DNA from: Candidatus Heimdallarchaeota archaeon
Lineage (GTDB): Archaea > Asgardarchaeota > Heimdallarchaeia > Hodarchaeales > Hodarchaeaceae
Assembly: GCA_020353515.1 (NCBI GenBank)
Contig: CP070695.1
Span: 3,288,118 to 3,352,117 of the forward strand
Length of the DNA: 64,000 bases
Reading direction: 5' to 3'
Of the stretch, positions 19,455 to 30,535 are shown in pieces. The notes beneath the pieces are model-generated. The model was given only the letters and a program-made list of their open reading frames with translations, made no database searches and was not told where the DNA came from. The position numbers were made by a program, and so were the translations under genes. Each line of letters starts with the position of its first letter. The first letter of the stretch is position 1.

Positions 19455-22400
19455 GTGAAATTTCCTACTTTACCAACTACTCCTGATCTTCCGACTCAAG
19501 AAGAAGCTATTTTCGACTTCTGGAGGAAAAATGAAATAGAAAAAAAGGTACAAGAAGCTTCGAAGGGGAATCCTCCATATGTTTTTGTAGAAGGGCCACC
19601 AACAGCCAATGGCCACCCTCATATGGGTCATGCTTTAACCCGTGCTATAAAAGACGTCTTCTTACGTTATAAATCAATGACAGGCCACCATATTACTCCA
19701 CGTATCGGTGGATGGGACTGTCACGGACTACCTGTCGAAATCGAAGTCGAAAAAGAATTAGGATTGGAGGGTAAAGAAGATATTGAAGCTTATGGTATTG
19801 AAAAATTTAATGCTAAGTGTCGAGAATCTGTTTTGCGATATGTCAATGAATGGGAGGAAATGTCCACAAGAATTGGATTTCATCTTGATATGCCAAGATC
19901 TTATATTACCATGTCAGAAGAGTACATTGAGTCCGTGTGGTGGTCATTAAAGGAAATTTATAAAAAGAAACTATTATTCAAGGGACATAAAGTTATTCCT
20001 TACTGCACCAGATGTGGTACCCCAATTTCGTCTCATGAAGTCGCTCAAGGATACCAAGAAACACAGGATCCAAGTATTTATATTAAATTTAAAGTTAAGG
20101 GAGAAAAAAATCGCTATTTTCTTGCCTGGACTACCACTCCATGGACCCTCTTATCGAACCTTGTATTAGCAATCGCTAAAGATGAATCCTATGTTGAAGT
20201 AGAACATGAAAATGAATCTCTTATTTTTGCTAAAAAATTATTGTCTCCTGTTTTTCCAGAGGGAAAATCAATCATTCGAGAGTATAAAGGAGAAGAGCTA
20301 GTTGGAATGGAATATGAAGCACTCTTCCCATATACCGCTCTCAAAAAAAAGGGAAAAGCTCATTTTGTAACTGATGCCGACTTTGTTTTAATGGATGAAG
20401 GTACAGGTATTGTTCATTGTGCCCCCGCTTTTGGTGTTGAAGATTATGAACTCTGCCAGGAGATCGGAGTAGAAATGTTCAATCCAGTCTTAGAAAATGG
20501 TACTTTTATTGAGGAAATGCCTGATTTCGGGGGTATGCACGTTAAAGAAGCAGATCCTCACATCATGGAGAAGCTGCGTCAAGAAAATAAACTCTTACGT
20601 GAAAAAACAATCACTCATACCTACCCGTTTTGCTGGAGATGTGATTCTCCGTTACTTTATTACGCTATTGAATCATGGTTCATCGGAATGAGCCAATTAC
20701 GGAAACGAATTCAAGAATTAAACCAACAAATACGATGGATGCCTAAACACCTGAAAGATGGACGATTTGGCAATTTTCTTGATGAGCTTAAAGACTGGGC
20801 TCTCTCCCGTTCTCGTTATTGGGGAACACCTCTTCCTATCTGGACTTGTGATAATGGCCATGAATTTGCTATTGGTAGCAGGGAAGAACTTGACAAATTG
20901 ACCGAGGGAGGTCTTCCAGATAATTTTTCGCTTCATAAACCTTATGTTGACCAGATTACTGTCAAATGTCCCTCCTGTAAAGCTAATTCTACTCGAGAAG
21001 AATACGTAATTGATTGTTGGTATGATTCGGGAGCTGCACCATTTGCTCAGTGGCACTACCCTTTCGAAAATAAAGAAGAATTTAACAATCATTTTCCAGT
21101 CGATTTTATAACCGAAGCTATTGATCAAACACGGGGATGGTTCTATTCGCTTCATGCGATTTCAACAGTGGTTTTTGATTCCGTTTCGTTTAAAACATGT
21201 CTAACTATGGGTCATACCCAAGATGAGGAGGGAAAGAAGATGTCAAAGTCAAAGGGAAACGTTATTGCCCCAAAATTAGTTTTTGAAAAATACGGAGCTG
21301 ATCCTGCCCGCTGGATGCTTTTCAGCACTCCCGCATGGAATGATGTCCGTTTTGGATTGAACCTTGTCGAAGAGAGTATGAAAGATTTTATTCTCCCATT
21401 ATGGAATGTGCTATTATTCTATGTAACCTATGCAAATCTTGACCAATATTCCCCAAATGACAAGAAATATCAAATTTCGTCAGAAGGTCGCCCTATTATA
21501 GATCAATGGATTCTTTCACGATACCATAACACCCTTAAAGATTTTCACCAAGGTTTTGATGATCTTTCAATCCATCAAGTCATCAAATCCCTCCAAAACT
21601 TTCTTAATAGTGATCTCTCCAATTTATGGATTCGGCAATCGCGTCGACGATTCTGGGAGAAAGAATTGAGTCTTTCCAAGAAATCTGCTTATTCCACCCT
21701 TTATGAAATCCTTCATTCACTAGCGATAACTCTTGCTCCAATTTTACCTTACTTAAGTGAGAAAATGTATCAAGTTCTGATAATTAGTCAAGGACTTGGA
21801 CTAGAGAGCGTCCACTTAGAAAGACTTCCAGAACCAAATGAAAATCTGATAAATTCCAAGATTGAAAACTTAGTAAAAATAACACGAGATGCTATAACAA
21901 ATGGACGAGCTATTCGTGCGCAAAAAGGATTGAAAGCTAGATGGCCATTACCCCAGGTTATTTTTGTTTCTAATGAAGAAGGAAAAGAGGCTCTTATTAC
22001 ATTAAAGAATCTTATCCTTCAAGAACTCAATGTTAAAGATATGACCTTTACTAAGGATCCCTTGGAGTTCCAAGAGATAATTTTCTCCCCCAACTTCAAA
22101 CAGCTAGGACCTAAATTCAAAAAGAAAGCTAACACGGTCGCAACTTGGATGAGGAGCCAAAAAGGCCAAAAAGCGAAAGAAATTGCTGATCAAATCACAC
22201 GAAAAGGAAGTTATCACATGACAATTGCGGGAGAAGCTTTTGAAATCAGTACAGATGATCTGGAAATCAAAATTACTGAGCGAGAGGGGTACAGTGGTTC
22301 TTCTTTTAGTCATGGTGATCTTTTTCTGAACTTAGAACTAACAGATGAGCTAATTAACGAAGGATTCGTTCGTGATCTAATTCGTCGAATTCAATCGATG

Positions 22401-22625
22401 AGAAAGGATATGGAACTTGAATACGACGCGGAAATACTAGTAAATATTTCTAAAGCTGACCCAAAAATCATGGAAGTCATCAACAACTATTCCACATTGA
22501 TTAAAGAAGAGGTTTTAGCACTAAAAATAGATTTTCAGACATCACAAGAAGGGTTCACAAAAGCGTGGATTATTCAAGACCCTCATGAGAATATAAGAGA
22601 GATTACAATCAATATTCAAAAATGA
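19455..22625 (+). CDS. ileS: Isoleucine--tRNA ligase (archaeal/eukaryote-like type 2)
   Basis: EGPPTANG, HMGH, GWDCHGLP, WTTTPWTL, SRSRYWGTPLP, KMSKSKGN, EGFVRDLIRRIQSMRK. Confidence 0.97.
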   Translation: MKFPTLPTTPDLPTQEEAIFDFWRKNEIEKKVQEASKGNPPYVFVEGPPTANGHPHMGHALTRAIKDVFLRYKSMTGHHITPRIGGWDCHGLPVEIEVEKELGLEGKEDIEAYGIEKFNAKCRESVLRYVNEWEEMSTRIGFHLDMPRSYITMSEEYIESVWWSLKEIYKKKLLFKGHKVIPYCTRCGTPISSHEVAQGYQETQDPSIYIKFKVKGEKNRYFLAWTTTPWTLLSNLVLAIAKDESYVEVEHENESLIFAKKLLSPVFPEGKSIIREYKGEELVGMEYEALFPYTALKKKGKAHFVTDADFVLMDEGTGIVHCAPAFGVEDYELCQEIGVEMFNPVLENGTFIEEMPDFGGMHVKEADPHIMEKLRQENKLLREKTITHTYPFCWRCDSPLLYYAIESWFIGMSQLRKRIQELNQQIRWMPKHLKDGRFGNFLDELKDWALSRSRYWGTPLPIWTCDNGHEFAIGSREELDKLTEGGLPDNFSLHKPYVDQITVKCPSCKANSTREEYVIDCWYDSGAAPFAQWHYPFENKEEFNNHFPVDFITEAIDQTRGWFYSLHAISTVVFDSVSFKTCLTMGHTQDEEGKKMSKSKGNVIAPKLVFEKYGADPARWMLFSTPAWNDVRFGLNLVEESMKDFILPLWNVLLFYVTYANLDQYSPNDKKYQISSEGRPIIDQWILSRYHNTLKDFHQGFDDLSIHQVIKSLQNFLNSDLSNLWIRQSRRRFWEKELSLSKKSAYSTLYEILHSLAITLAPILPYLSEKMYQVLIISQGLGLESVHLERLPEPNENLINSKIENLVKITRDAITNGRAIRAQKGLKARWPLPQVIFVSNEEGKEALITLKNLILQELNVKDMTFTKDPLEFQEIIFSPNFKQLGPKFKKKANTVATWMRSQKGQKAKEIADQITRKGSYHMTIAGEAFEISTDDLEIKITEREGYSGSSFSHGDLFLNLELTDELINEGFVRDLIRRIQSMRKDMELEYDAEILVNISKADPKIMEVINNYSTLIKEEVLALKIDFQTSQEGFTKAWIIQDPHENIREITINIQK

Positions 22626-22729
22626 ATCTCATCAATTTCTTGCTTTATTACCAAATATTCGGAGACGAGAATTTATTAAATCTAGATAAACGGTTCTTCA
22701 TGAATCTATAATAGTGATGTGAACATTCT

Positions 22730-24502
22730 GTGGAGTCTAATGAATTAAGAAGGATTTTTCTTCAATTTTTCAAAGAAAAAGATCATATTATCATCCCCTC
22801 AGCATCAGTTATGCCTGAAAACGACCCCACAGTCCTTTTTACCACAGCAGGGATGCATCCATTACAAGTATACTTGATGGGGCAACCCCATCCTGCAGGA
22901 AAACGACTTGTAAATTGTCAAAAATGTGTCCGTACTGGAGATATAGATGATGTAGGAGATCCTACTCACTTAACATTTTTTGAGATGTTAGGGAATTGGT
23001 CTCTTGGGGATTACTTTAAAAAAGAAGCTATCGCGATGAGTTGGGAATTTCTGACTGATACTCGGTGGTTAGGATTAGATCCTGAAAAATTGTCTGTAAC
23101 TGTTTTCGCAGGAGATGAGGAAGTTCCCCGTGATGAAGAATCAGCAAATTACTGGCGAGAGATAGGCATACCTGATGAAAGGATTTATTACCTCTCACGA
23201 GAAGAGAATTGGTGGGGGCCTGCAGGAGATACGGGTCCCTGTGGCCCTGATACGGAAATGTTCTATGATACAGGTAAGAAACCTTGTTCTGAAGCATGTA
23301 GACCTGGTTGTCACTGTGGGAAATTTTTCGAAATTTGGAACGATGTCTTCATGAGCTATAACAAGAAAGCTGATGGGACTTATGAAAAACTCAAACAACA
23401 CAATGTTGATACTGGAATGGGGATTGAACGAACAGTTGCTGTTCTAAATGGAATGCAGAGTGTATTTGAAATAGATTCTTACGCCCCATTAGTAAAACGA
23501 GTAATAAAGCTTGCCCGAATCAAGGAACAACTAGACCAAGACCAACAAAAAGCTATCCGTATTATTGTTGATCATATTAGAGCTGCTACGTTCATTTTAG
23601 GAGATGATAAACACCTTCCCCCCTCTAATCTAGGGCAGGGATATGTATTAAGACGTTTGATACGGCGAATTATTCGTCAAGGGAATTTACTAAATATAAA
23701 ACAACAATTTCTTCCAGAATTAGCACATCTCGTTATCGATATGAGTAAAGAGACATATCCTGAGCTGCAGCGTAATAAAGACTTTATTATCAAGAATCTT
23801 ACACAGGAAGAGCAGAAATTTTCTAAAGCACTACGCCGTGGCTTACGAAAATTCAACCAAATCTTTAAAGAAAAAGAAACCATCACTGGAGAAGATGCTT
23901 TCCTATTATTCACCTCATTTGGCTTCCCACTTGAAATCACGTCTGAATTAGCTGCTGAGAAAGGTATTTTTATCGATTTGAAGGTTTTTAAAGAAGAATT
24001 TGAGCGCCATAGAGAACTTTCTAGACAAGCAACGGCTGGGACATTTCAAAGTGGACTTGCAGATCACACGGAAAGAACAACACGACTACATACTGCAACA
24101 CATCTGCTCCAACAAGCTCTTCGAGAAGTACTAGGGGATCATGTAGAACAAAAAGGAAGTAATATTACTCCTGAACGGACTAGGTTTGACTTTAGTCATC
24201 CTAAAACCTTGACAACTGATGAACTCAAAAGAGTTGAAGCTTTGGTAAACCAAAAGATCAAGGAGGCACTTCCTGTAAGTAAAGAGATAATGACACCTCA
24301 AGAAGCAAAAAAGCAGGGAGCTCTTGGATTTTTTGAGGAACGATACAAAGGTAAAGTCTCTGTGTACTCTGTTGGAAATTTTTCCAAAGAAGTTTGCACT
24401 GGACCTCATGTTTCAAATACAAAGGAAATAGGTAATTTTAGAATTCAAAAGCAAAAAAATATTGGTGTTGGGCTAATGCGGATCAGGGCAAGCGTTGATT
24501 AA
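22730..24502 (+). CDS. alaS: Alanine--tRNA ligase, short form (590 aa)
   Basis: LFTTAGM, QKCVRTGD, FFEMLGNWS, EIWNDVF, VDTGMGIER, GYVLRRLIRR; editing motifs HTATH and CTGPH; no C-Ala domain. Confidence 0.95.
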   Translation: MESNELRRIFLQFFKEKDHIIIPSASVMPENDPTVLFTTAGMHPLQVYLMGQPHPAGKRLVNCQKCVRTGDIDDVGDPTHLTFFEMLGNWSLGDYFKKEAIAMSWEFLTDTRWLGLDPEKLSVTVFAGDEEVPRDEESANYWREIGIPDERIYYLSREENWWGPAGDTGPCGPDTEMFYDTGKKPCSEACRPGCHCGKFFEIWNDVFMSYNKKADGTYEKLKQHNVDTGMGIERTVAVLNGMQSVFEIDSYAPLVKRVIKLARIKEQLDQDQQKAIRIIVDHIRAATFILGDDKHLPPSNLGQGYVLRRLIRRIIRQGNLLNIKQQFLPELAHLVIDMSKETYPELQRNKDFIIKNLTQEEQKFSKALRRGLRKFNQIFKEKETITGEDAFLLFTSFGFPLEITSELAAEKGIFIDLKVFKEEFERHRELSRQATAGTFQSGLADHTERTTRLHTATHLLQQALREVLGDHVEQKGSNITPERTRFDFSHPKTLTTDELKRVEALVNQKIKEALPVSKEIMTPQEAKKQGALGFFEERYKGKVSVYSVGNFSKEVCTGPHVSNTKEIGNFRIQKQKNIGVGLMRIRASVD

Positions 24503-25338
24503 ACATCGCTTGGTTTAACTAAGGGGATTCGCCAGTCAATATTTGGTGTTCTTATTCCTAGCTTGAAAATAAGTGGGCCTCGTCGTTTATGTTCACTTTG
24601 ATATAGCATTGATCGTACTCTTTTTACCTCTGTGATGGGAATCTGAAGATAGTCAGCGACTTCTACCTCAGTTTGAAACCGTTCCAATCCATATAGAATA
24701 TTATCAAGTTGTAGATAAGACATACCTATCTCTGCTTCGTCAGTTTGTCCCTCCCATAATCCTGCTGACGGTGCTTTAGTAAGAATACAATCTGGTATAT
24801 TCAAATATTTTCCTAATTGCATCACATGGGTTTTATAAACGTCTCCAATGGGTAGTATATCAACAGCACCATCCCCAAACTTTGTGAAATAACCAATCAT
24901 TATCTCACTTTTATTTCCAGCTCCACACACTAGATAATTGAATCTATTTGCATAGAAATAAAAAATTGCTTGACGAATACGGGGTTTAAAGTTAGCCCAT
25001 CTTAATATTGATGAATCCTCTTTCTCTTGTACTTCTTCAGAAAATCTATCGATCAGTTTTTGAATATTAATTTCCGTTAATTTTACCCCTAATTGAGAGC
25101 ATAGTGATTTGACATCTCCTATATCAGAACTTGGCGTTGTTGCACTGGGTAAAAAAAAAGTAAGAACGTTTTTTGGTTTTAAAGCACGAACAGCGATCGA
25201 AGCGACTACTGCAGAATCAATTCCACCACTTAATCCGATTATTACTCCTTTCGTACCCGATTCAGTTACGCGAGTCCTAATAAAATCTTCAATTAGTCTT
25301 ATTGTATGGGGAGCATCAATTGGAGGAATTTTATTCAT
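24499..25338 (-). CDS. nadE: NAD+ synthetase (synthetase subunit)
   Basis: GLSGGIDS, NFKPRIR, GNKSE, GYFTKFGDG, KAPSAGLWEGQTDE, SEHKR. Confidence 0.93.
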   Translation of the reverse strand: MNKIPPIDAPHTIRLIEDFIRTRVTESGTKGVIIGLSGGIDSAVVASIAVRALKPKNVLTFFLPSATTPSSDIGDVKSLCSQLGVKLTEINIQKLIDRFSEEVQEKEDSSILRWANFKPRIRQAIFYFYANRFNYLVCGAGNKSEIMIGYFTKFGDGAVDILPIGDVYKTHVMQLGKYLNIPDCILTKAPSAGLWEGQTDEAEIGMSYLQLDNILYGLERFQTEVEVADYLQIPITEVKRVRSMLYQSEHKRRGPLIFKLGIRTPNIDWRIPLVKPSDV

Positions 25339-25355
25339 TCATCTAATCTCCATTA

Positions 25356-26183
25356 CTAGAGTTCCTGACTTTCGTCTCCTAACTTTGAATAAATCCATGG
25401 TGGTACATCTCTAAGAGTAGGAACAAAAGGCCTAGATGTACGTATATCAGTATCTAATTGTGCAATCCCAAAATCAGGTTCATCATACTTGAGTTTTAGG
25501 ATTTGTTTACCTGTTGCATTGCGAATTTCTGAGCCTCCCCAGAATATCAAATCATCTTGGATTCCTGACTGGTTGACATATACCACATTAATTGTGTTTT
25601 CCATTGCCCGAGTTGGTAAAAACGATTCAAAATATTGCCTTCGTACTCCAGGTGAGGCAGAAATACAAATACTTGTGTGCGCTCCTAATAAAGCGTGAGC
25701 ACGTGTAATTTCTGGACTAAATAGATCATAACAAATTTGCAATCCAATTTTTCCAAATGGACTTTCAACAACATCGATTGTGGTTGCACTTCTAAAATAT
25801 CGTCTCTCATTAAAGACAGAATGATTAGGGATGAATATTTTCCTGCCTTTTCCTAAGAATCCTTCTGGCCCAAAGAATGCAGCTGTATTATATAATACAC
25901 CAGGAACAGATTTTTCTGGTATTCCTACAATAAGATAACAGTTACTTGTTTTAGCTATTTTTGCTATCTTCTGGCTAAGTGGGCCTGTAGGAATCTCCTC
26001 TGCTAAATTGAATACATCATCATGCATGAGATAACCTGTAACTGCAAGTTCGGGGAAAACTACAATCGTATTTGGATCAGTGGCCACTTCTTTTTTTTGA
26101 CAAATAGATGCTATTTTTTTCAAATTGAAATCAGGATCTGCTTGGTGTGACTGTATTTGAGCAGCAGCAATGTTATATTTCAT
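25356..26183 (-). CDS. Carbon-nitrogen hydrolase (nitrilase family), possible glutaminase partner of NadE
   Basis: E-K-C triad in FPELAVTGY, RKIFIP, ICYDL; lies directly upstream of nadE. Confidence 0.85.
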   Translation of the reverse strand: MKYNIAAAQIQSHQADPDFNLKKIASICQKKEVATDPNTIVVFPELAVTGYLMHDDVFNLAEEIPTGPLSQKIAKIAKTSNCYLIVGIPEKSVPGVLYNTAAFFGPEGFLGKGRKIFIPNHSVFNERRYFRSATTIDVVESPFGKIGLQICYDLFSPEITRAHALLGAHTSICISASPGVRRQYFESFLPTRAMENTINVVYVNQSGIQDDLIFWGGSEIRNATGKQILKLKYDEPDFGIAQLDTDIRTSRPFVPTLRDVPPWIYSKLGDESQEL

Positions 26184-26208
26184 TTATATCACAAATATTC
26201 TTACTTTA

Positions 26209-27111
26209 TCATATGTACACATTTTTCTTCAAATAATCACGTATCTTTCTGTACCCAATAAGCTTCAAATTATGGTCTTTGATGTACTTCTTGATACGTT
26301 TATCAGTGAAAGCCATATAGTCTTGATCTCGCCATACTCCAGAATCAGGGGTGATACTTTCAAGTTCAGAACTCATTTTAGCAGGATGAAATAGAAAGTG
26401 GGTTAATCCAGGTTTAATCTCAGCCATCCTATCACAATAGTATTGTACCTTGTCAGGTTGTTCTCCGCCAGTATTGATGATAATCTGATCTAGCAATACC
26501 GTTCCACTTGCTTCAAGTTCAGGAAGGAGCCCCAGATACATATCCGCATATTCAGCAAAACCCAGTTCAACGATTTCTTCCCGTGATAAACGAGGTATGA
26601 AAGCTGGAATTTTAAATTCGGAAGCTAGTTTCAGATATGCCTGTATGAACTTAGGATCCAAAACTGTTCCCATATGAGTATCAATGTGAGTAACATCAAT
26701 TCCATGATCCAAAGCTCGCTGAATTTGTGTCCGCATCTCCTGTTCAGCTGCTTCAGGTGTTACATACATAATAGCTTCTTCTGCAGTTCTCCATAAACAT
26801 CCTTCATCATCTAATAATCCTGTATCTTGGTCAACAGTGCTCAATGCTCGCCAACGATAAAGATTATATTCACATGTAAGTGTGAGATGAACTCCCATGT
26901 CATATTTTGGATTATTTCTGCAAATGGATGCTGTTTCTAAAAACCAAGGAGATGGAACGATAACAGAACCACAAGTAGCAACTCCAAAATCTAAACATTC
27001 AAAAGAGGCGATATTTGACGCATGTGAGAAGCCCACGTCATCCATGTGAAAAATAACAACTTTATCAGTTGGAGAAAAACCTAATTTTTCGGTTATAGTC
27101 TGATCACGCAC
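26209..27111 (-). CDS. ChbG/HpnK/YdjC family deacetylase
   Basis: HMDDVG, GVHLTL, THIDTHMG, FHP motifs. Confidence 0.88.
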   Translation of the reverse strand: MRDQTITEKLGFSPTDKVVIFHMDDVGFSHASNIASFECLDFGVATCGSVIVPSPWFLETASICRNNPKYDMGVHLTLTCEYNLYRWRALSTVDQDTGLLDDEGCLWRTAEEAIMYVTPEAAEQEMRTQIQRALDHGIDVTHIDTHMGTVLDPKFIQAYLKLASEFKIPAFIPRLSREEIVELGFAEYADMYLGLLPELEASGTVLLDQIIINTGGEQPDKVQYYCDRMAEIKPGLTHFLFHPAKMSSELESITPDSGVWRDQDYMAFTDKRIKKYIKDHNLKLIGYRKIRDYLKKNVYI

Positions 27112-27128
27112 GTTTTAGCCACCTATTA

Positions 27129-27890
27129 TTATGACAAGAATTTGTGTATTTCGGTATTAACAACAAGAGGTTTCTCTTGAAACACATAATGTCCTGCTTC
27201 AGGAATTATACTAAGTTGAGAGTTCTTAATGTTTTCGTGTAAAAACGTTGAATACTTTACAGGTGTCATCTGATCGTCTTGACCCACAATGATCAGCGTT
27301 TGTTTGGTGATTTTGTGTAGATCTAAACGAATATCAAAAGAATCACAAATTTTAAAATCTTGAAGGATAATTGCTCCCCCATTCCTTCTTAGTGCCTTTT
27401 CATTCTCAAGTTTAATCTGAGCTATGGTTTTTTCGTGAAACGCAAACCTTCCTAAGAGTTCTAAAAAACGATCAAAATCCGTTTCTATCGCATCAAAGAA
27501 AGTTGGAGCTACTTTTAATTTTGCACCTGTGCCAATCAAAATTAGTTTGTCTATTATTGATCCTGGATATTTTAAAGTGAATTGAAGTGCTATTGCTCCA
27601 CCCATTGAATGACCAATTAAGACAACATTCTCTAAATTTTGATTGATTAGTATTTCGTAAACAGTTTCCACATAATTGTCCAAACTCAATGATACAGCGT
27701 GAGGGCTTTGCCCGTGACTAGGGAGACTAAGAGAGATTACTCCCCATCCGTACTGTTGAAAAAAAATCCTTTGTTTCTCCCATTGAGTTTTATCTCCACC
27801 AGCACCATGAATAAAAACAAGATTTGGAGTATCAGGTTTTGTTGGTTTGTAATAATTGAAATCACTTGAGGAAGGCATTTTTGCTTTCAA
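27129..27890 (-). CDS. Alpha/beta hydrolase
   Basis: FIHGAGG, SHGQS, GHSMGG, DQMTP, AGH. Confidence 0.88.
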   Translation of the reverse strand: MKAKMPSSSDFNYYKPTKPDTPNLVFIHGAGGDKTQWEKQRIFFQQYGWGVISLSLPSHGQSPHAVSLSLDNYVETVYEILINQNLENVVLIGHSMGGAIALQFTLKYPGSIIDKLILIGTGAKLKVAPTFFDAIETDFDRFLELLGRFAFHEKTIAQIKLENEKALRRNGGAIILQDFKICDSFDIRLDLHKITKQTLIIVGQDDQMTPVKYSTFLHENIKNSQLSIIPEAGHYVFQEKPLVVNTEIHKFLS

Positions 27891-27903
27891 ACCATTTAAT
27901 CAC

Positions 27904-28746
27904 TTAGACTTCTTTTTTATCTCTCCCTTTCCAAGGTGAGAAGTTCCATTTTGCAGGCCGCTTCTCTAGGAATGCTTTTAATCCTTCTTTTCCTTCATCA
28001 GAAGTCCTGAGTTCTGCAATTTGTGAAATACAATATTTTCGTAATTCTTGAAATTCTGTATCACGATTCCTTGCTAATAATTGTTTAATATTCGCCATTG
28101 CAGCAGGACTACTTGATAATATTTGATCCAGAAGATCTGCAACCTTCTGATCCAACTCAGACTCATCATTGGCAAGTTCGTGAATTAAACCAATACTATG
28201 AGCTTTGATGGCATCAAAACGCTCACCACTCAGAAAAAATCGAGCAGCGTTTGAAAAACCGATCTTTGATATGACATATGGACTTATTACAGCAGGTAAA
28301 ATTCCAAGATTGACTTCTGAGAATGCCATTTTTGCAGTTTTTACTGAAACAACTATATCACATACTGATATTAACCCAATGCCACCTCCAAAAGCTGCAC
28401 CATTAATTCGTCCAATTACTGGCTTTGGAGTAAGGTAAATTGTATTGAATAGTAGTTCTAAACGATTAGCGTCGTCAAGATTCTCCTCATAGCTAAAATC
28501 TTTGCTTTTTTGCATATATTTTATGTCGGCTCCTGCTGAAAATGATTTTCCTTTACCTGTTAGTAAAATAGCTCTAACTGTCGCATCATTACCTAAATAT
28601 TTGAATATAGTGGTTAATTCCTCAATCATTAAGGGATTAAACGCGTTATGAACTTCTGGGCGGTTTAATGTTACAAATGCAGTATGACCGATGTCTTCTC
28701 TGAGAATTGTTTCATATGATTTCAATGTAGGATCCTCCTTTTTCAA
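27904..28746 (-). CDS. liuC: Enoyl-CoA hydratase family, probable methylglutaconyl-CoA hydratase
   Basis: LNRPEVHNAF, FSAGADI, GAAFGGGIGL, SEVNLGILPAVISPYV; follows the MCC beta gene. Confidence 0.8.
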   Translation of the reverse strand: MKKEDPTLKSYETILREDIGHTAFVTLNRPEVHNAFNPLMIEELTTIFKYLGNDATVRAILLTGKGKSFSAGADIKYMQKSKDFSYEENLDDANRLELLFNTIYLTPKPVIGRINGAAFGGGIGLISVCDIVVSVKTAKMAFSEVNLGILPAVISPYVISKIGFSNAARFFLSGERFDAIKAHSIGLIHELANDESELDQKVADLLDQILSSSPAAMANIKQLLARNRDTEFQELRKYCISQIAELRTSDEGKEGLKAFLEKRPAKWNFSPWKGRDKKEV

Positions 28747-28749
28747 TAA

Positions 28750-30369
28750 TTACATTCTAAAGACACCAAAGTTTGTATCAGGAATTGGTGCATTTAATGT
28801 TGCAGAAATACATAAAGCTAGCACAATTCTTGTGTCAGCAGGATCGATAATTCCATCATCCCATAATCGAGCTGTAGAATAGTAAGCTGATCCTTCTTGT
28901 TCATATTTCGCAAGAATGGGTTCCATGATCTTCTGTCGTTCTTCTTGGGAAAGATCCTTACCTTGGGCTTTATATTGGGCTTCTTTAACAGTTGCCAAGA
29001 CATTTGCTGCCTGTTCACCACCCATAACTGATATTCGCGCATTAGGCCACATAAAGAGAAAACGTGGGGAATAAGCTCTACCTGCCATTCCATAGTTTCC
29101 TGCTCCAAAGCTGCCCCCAATAATAATTGTGATTTTTGGCACATGAGCATTACTTACGGCCATAACCATTTTTGCACCATCTTTTGCAATTCCTCCCGCC
29201 TCTGCATTACTACCCACCATGAACCCTGTGATGTTTTGAAGAAAAATTAATGGGATCTTTCTTTGAGAACAAAGATTAATGAAATGGGTTCCTTTTAACG
29301 CGCTTTCAGAGAATAATACACCATTATTTGCAAGAATACCGACAGGATAACCCATAATTCGTGCAAAACCACAAACTAATGTTGTTCCATAAAGAGACTT
29401 AAATTCATGAAAGCTTGAACCATCAACGACACGGGTAATAATTTCATGAACATCATAAGCTATTTTGGGATCCTTTGGGAGAATTCCATAAATTTCATCT
29501 ATTGGGTTCAAAGGATCTTCAGGAGGACGAATATCAAGAATTGTCTTGGGTGGTAAATTAAGATGTTCAATTATATCACGAGTGAGACGGATAGCATGTT
29601 CATCATTTAAAGCATAATGATCAGAGACTCCAGAAGTACGACAGTGAACGTCTGCTCCTCCCAAATCATTTGCTGATATTTCTTCTCCTGTAGCAGCTTT
29701 TACAAGAGGAGGGCCTCCTAAAAAGATCGTTCCAGTATCTTTTACTATAACTGTTTCATCAGACATTGCAGGTACATATGCACCACCAGCAGTACATGAT
29801 CCCATCACAGCACTTATTTGTGGTATCTTTTTTGCTGACATTTGGGCTTGATTGTAGAAAATTCTACCGAAATGTTCTTTATCAGGGAAGACATCAGCCT
29901 GTAGAGGGAGAAATGCACCACCAGAATCAACTAAATAAATACATGGTAATCGATTTTGTTCTGCTATTTCTTGAGCCCGTAAATGCTTTTTCACAGTCAT
30001 AGGATGATAGGTTCCGCCTTTAATAGTCGCATCGTTCGCAATAAACATCATTTCACGACCCCCTACTAAACCAATACCAGTGACGATCCCAGCATAAGGA
30101 CAGGCATTATCATACATATTATACGCTGCGAGTGGACTTAATTCCATAAAAGGAGTGTCAGGATCAAGAATCATCTCAATTCGTTTTCGAGCAAGGATTT
30201 TTCCTCTTTGAAGATGCTTCTCAATCGCCTTTGGGTTTCCTGCTTTTACCTCATCACGAATCTCACGAAGCTTTTGAAGCATTTTTTGATAATGCTCATA
30301 ATTTTCTTTGAACTCCTTTGAATTAACATCAACTTTACTTTTTATTACTACCATGGGAGAACCATCCAT
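28750..30369 (-). CDS. liuB: 3-methylcrotonyl-CoA carboxylase beta (carboxyltransferase) subunit
   Basis: [61 protein letters not shown]. Confidence 0.92.
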   Translation of the reverse strand: MDGSPMVVIKSKVDVNSKEFKENYEHYQKMLQKLREIRDEVKAGNPKAIEKHLQRGKILARKRIEMILDPDTPFMELSPLAAYNMYDNACPYAGIVTGIGLVGGREMMFIANDATIKGGTYHPMTVKKHLRAQEIAEQNRLPCIYLVDSGGAFLPLQADVFPDKEHFGRIFYNQAQMSAKKIPQISAVMGSCTAGGAYVPAMSDETVIVKDTGTIFLGGPPLVKAATGEEISANDLGGADVHCRTSGVSDHYALNDEHAIRLTRDIIEHLNLPPKTILDIRPPEDPLNPIDEIYGILPKDPKIAYDVHEIITRVVDGSSFHEFKSLYGTTLVCGFARIMGYPVGILANNGVLFSESALKGTHFINLCSQRKIPLIFLQNITGFMVGSNAEAGGIAKDGAKMVMAVSNAHVPKITIIIGGSFGAGNYGMAGRAYSPRFLFMWPNARISVMGGEQAANVLATVKEAQYKAQGKDLSQEERQKIMEPILAKYEQEGSAYYSTARLWDDGIIDPADTRIVLALCISATLNAPIPDTNFGVFRM

Positions 30370-30535
30370 AGAGGAGCATTCGAAAAGAAAAAAGTGATTT
30401 ACTATAAAGCGTTTCTGAAAGTTATATCTTTAATATTTCTTTCTAGTGAAATCAGTATTATTAAAACCAAAAGAAATTCTAAGGCTGTTACGGATTCACA
30501 AAAAAACTAAGGTTTTTTCCTTAACGTAATTGCTT

